A stretch of 64,000 nucleotides of DNA from an uncultured delta proteobacterium (GTDB lineage Bacteria; Myxococcota_A; Polyangia; Fen-1088), in NCBI GenBank assembly GCA_963737265.1, contig CAVTRY010000011.1, forward strand, positions 992,001 through 1,056,000, given 5' to 3'. The notes below the pieces were generated by a model. It had not been told where the DNA came from, ran no database searches, and worked only from the letters and a program-made list of their open reading frames with translations. Positions within the stretch are counted from its first letter, which is position 1. Every line of letters begins with the position of its first letter. Both the position numbers and the translations under genes were made by a program. This document shows positions 62,639 to 64,000 of the stretch, one piece after another.

Positions 62639-62862
62639 TGACTTGCCCAATTTGCAAGCACGGTGAAATCGCGCCCGGGTTCACGACCATCGCTATTCAA
62701 CGCGGAGAAGCCACCATCGTCATCAAGGGCGTTCCTGCCGGCATCTGCGACAACTGCGAGGAATATCACCTGTCGGAGGAAGTGGCTCTGAAGGTCTACG
62801 CCGTGGCCGACGCGGCCGTGCGCTCCGGCGCCGAAGTCGAGATCCTGCGCTTCGCCGCGTAG
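62638..62862 (+). CDS. YgiT-type zinc finger (MqsA-like) putative antitoxin
   Basis: CPICK...IKGVPAGICDNCEEY; coupled to DUF4258. Confidence 0.82.
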   Translation: MTCPICKHGEIAPGFTTIAIQRGEATIVIKGVPAGICDNCEEYHLSEEVALKVYAVADAAVRSGAEVEILRFAA

Positions 62863-62967
62863 CCAGCCGCATTCCTGTCGGATGGTATTGGGGGAGGACG
62901 GATGCGACCCCGGACATCTCGGCGATACCGGCCTTCGCGACACCGTCAGCATGGGACTTGGGACTGT

Positions 62968-63130
62968 CTACCTTCTCGGCTCGTACCGCATCGCCACCGC
63001 GCCCGAGGCGTACTCCAGCCGGCTCACGAGCTTCAAGTCGACATGCTTCGGTAGGCCCGCGAACAAGGTCGGCCCGACGCCCGCTAGCCTGGGATGCACC
63101 ACGAACTCGTACGCATCGATCAATCCGGGT
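62968..63130 (-). pseudogene. Dihydrofolate reductase/RibD-C family C-terminal fragment
   Basis: GLIDAYEFVVHPRLAGVGPTLF...SGAVAMRYEP*. Confidence 0.7.
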
Positions 63131-63262
63131 ACCCTGTCCGAGGGTACTTTGGGACAACCGAAGAGATTCTTCGAACGGTGGATGCGTCCGAATTCCGGAC
63201 GTTGGGATACGCAGGCCAAGTTCGAGCTTGTGCGGCGACGGGTCGGGTGCAAGGATTGCCGT

Positions 63263-63492
63263 GTGATTGAGAGAATCCTGCGTGTGGCCCACAGCTTCGA
63301 GGAGGTCGAAGAATTCGACCGCCAGGACATGGCTCGCTTGAGTCTCGAAGAGCGCGTCTCCGCGGTTGAACAATTGAGGAGGATTTGGTTCGGTGAAGCT
63401 AAAGCTCAATCCCGACTGGACCGAATTCTTGTCGCTACTAATCTCGAAGCGCGTTCGCTTCGTGCTGGTGGGGGGCCACGCGGTGGCACTGT
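63263..63492 (+). pseudogene. Small protein plus truncated nucleotidyltransferase (TA-like pair remnant)
   Basis: SFEEVEEFD...LSLEERVSAVEQLRR, overlapped from 63393 by LNPDWTEFLSLL...FVLVGGHAVA, which is cut off. Confidence 0.55.
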
Positions 63493-63730
63493 CGCCGCAC
63501 GGTGGTCAGAAGTAGTTGGAAGCTGGTGCCTTCGCTGCCAAGGCGGCGCTGCAAGGTGCGCTCGCTTACGCCCAGCTCCCGCGCCACCGCCGGAATGTCA
63601 GGCCGCCCCCCACCCAGATGGTGGACCAGCAACCACCTAACCGTGTCGCCAAACGAGTGGGGGCGCTGCTGCTCGGCGAGCGCCTGGTCGAGGGCCGCAG
63701 TCAATAGGTCCAGCAGCTCGGTGTTATAGG
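63490..63730 (-). pseudogene. AraC family regulator internal fragment
   Basis: VARELGVSERTLQRRLGSEGTSFQ HTH motif; no ends. Confidence 0.7.
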
Positions 63731-63853
63731 CGGTGAAGGCATGCTGAGCGACAATTACATCTCCCCAAAGACGACAGCTACGTCGCCCCGCTTTGAGGCG
63801 CGACGGTGACCGTGAGGTAGACCTCCAAGCCCGCAAGCGGGCAGGAGGCACCT

Positions 63854-64000
63854 TTGAAGCCGGTCACCGACGCCCAAGTGAGGCGTTTGATGGAAGAGAT
63901 GAGCAAGATTGGAAAAGTAGGCCAGGCCGCCATGAAGGCGGGCATGGACCGGAAGACAGGGCGGCGATACATCGCCGCGGGCAAGCTACCGTCGGAGCTA
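63854..64000 (+). mobile_element. istA: IS21 family transposase IstA, 5' part (runs off the window)
   Basis: AGGAGG RBS; VTDAQVRRLMEEM...AAMKAGMDRKTGRRY. Confidence 0.7.

Noticed and set aside
62882-63640. 252-aa plus-strand ORF
   Set aside because: Runs across several unrelated fragments; only a ~60-aa middle part looks protein-like.

Overview
GC-rich bacterial window; Gly-rich lipoproteins, FHA proteins and DUF2169-rich T6SS genes suggest a myxobacterium/deltaproteobacterium (inference). 1-15.1 kb: T6SS accessory array with two vgrG genes sharing a ~0.9 kb core that looks identical by eye but with different tips, five DUF2169 genes/fragments, and a tandem ~3.9 kb cassette where near-identical DUF2169 and PAAR-like arms enclose divergent putative effector and membrane immunity genes. 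15-24 kb: surface lipoprotein and membrane genes hit by two ISL3 copies and a 189-bp ISAs1-like MITE. 24-41.6 kb: two FHA genes, an amidase-M23-EF-hand gene whose duplicated 3' end brackets a decayed defence island (intact AAA ATPase + DUF4276, type I RM remnants, IS3, VapBC), and tssJKLM-tagF with a tssM frameshift. 41.9-62.1 kb: sulfate ABC transporter, MMPL exporter and a glycan-modification locus with mirror-image GT4-asnB pairs. Right end: TA pair, gene fragments, start of IS21. No rRNA, tRNA or CRISPR seen. All family calls come from motifs recognised by eye, not database searches.
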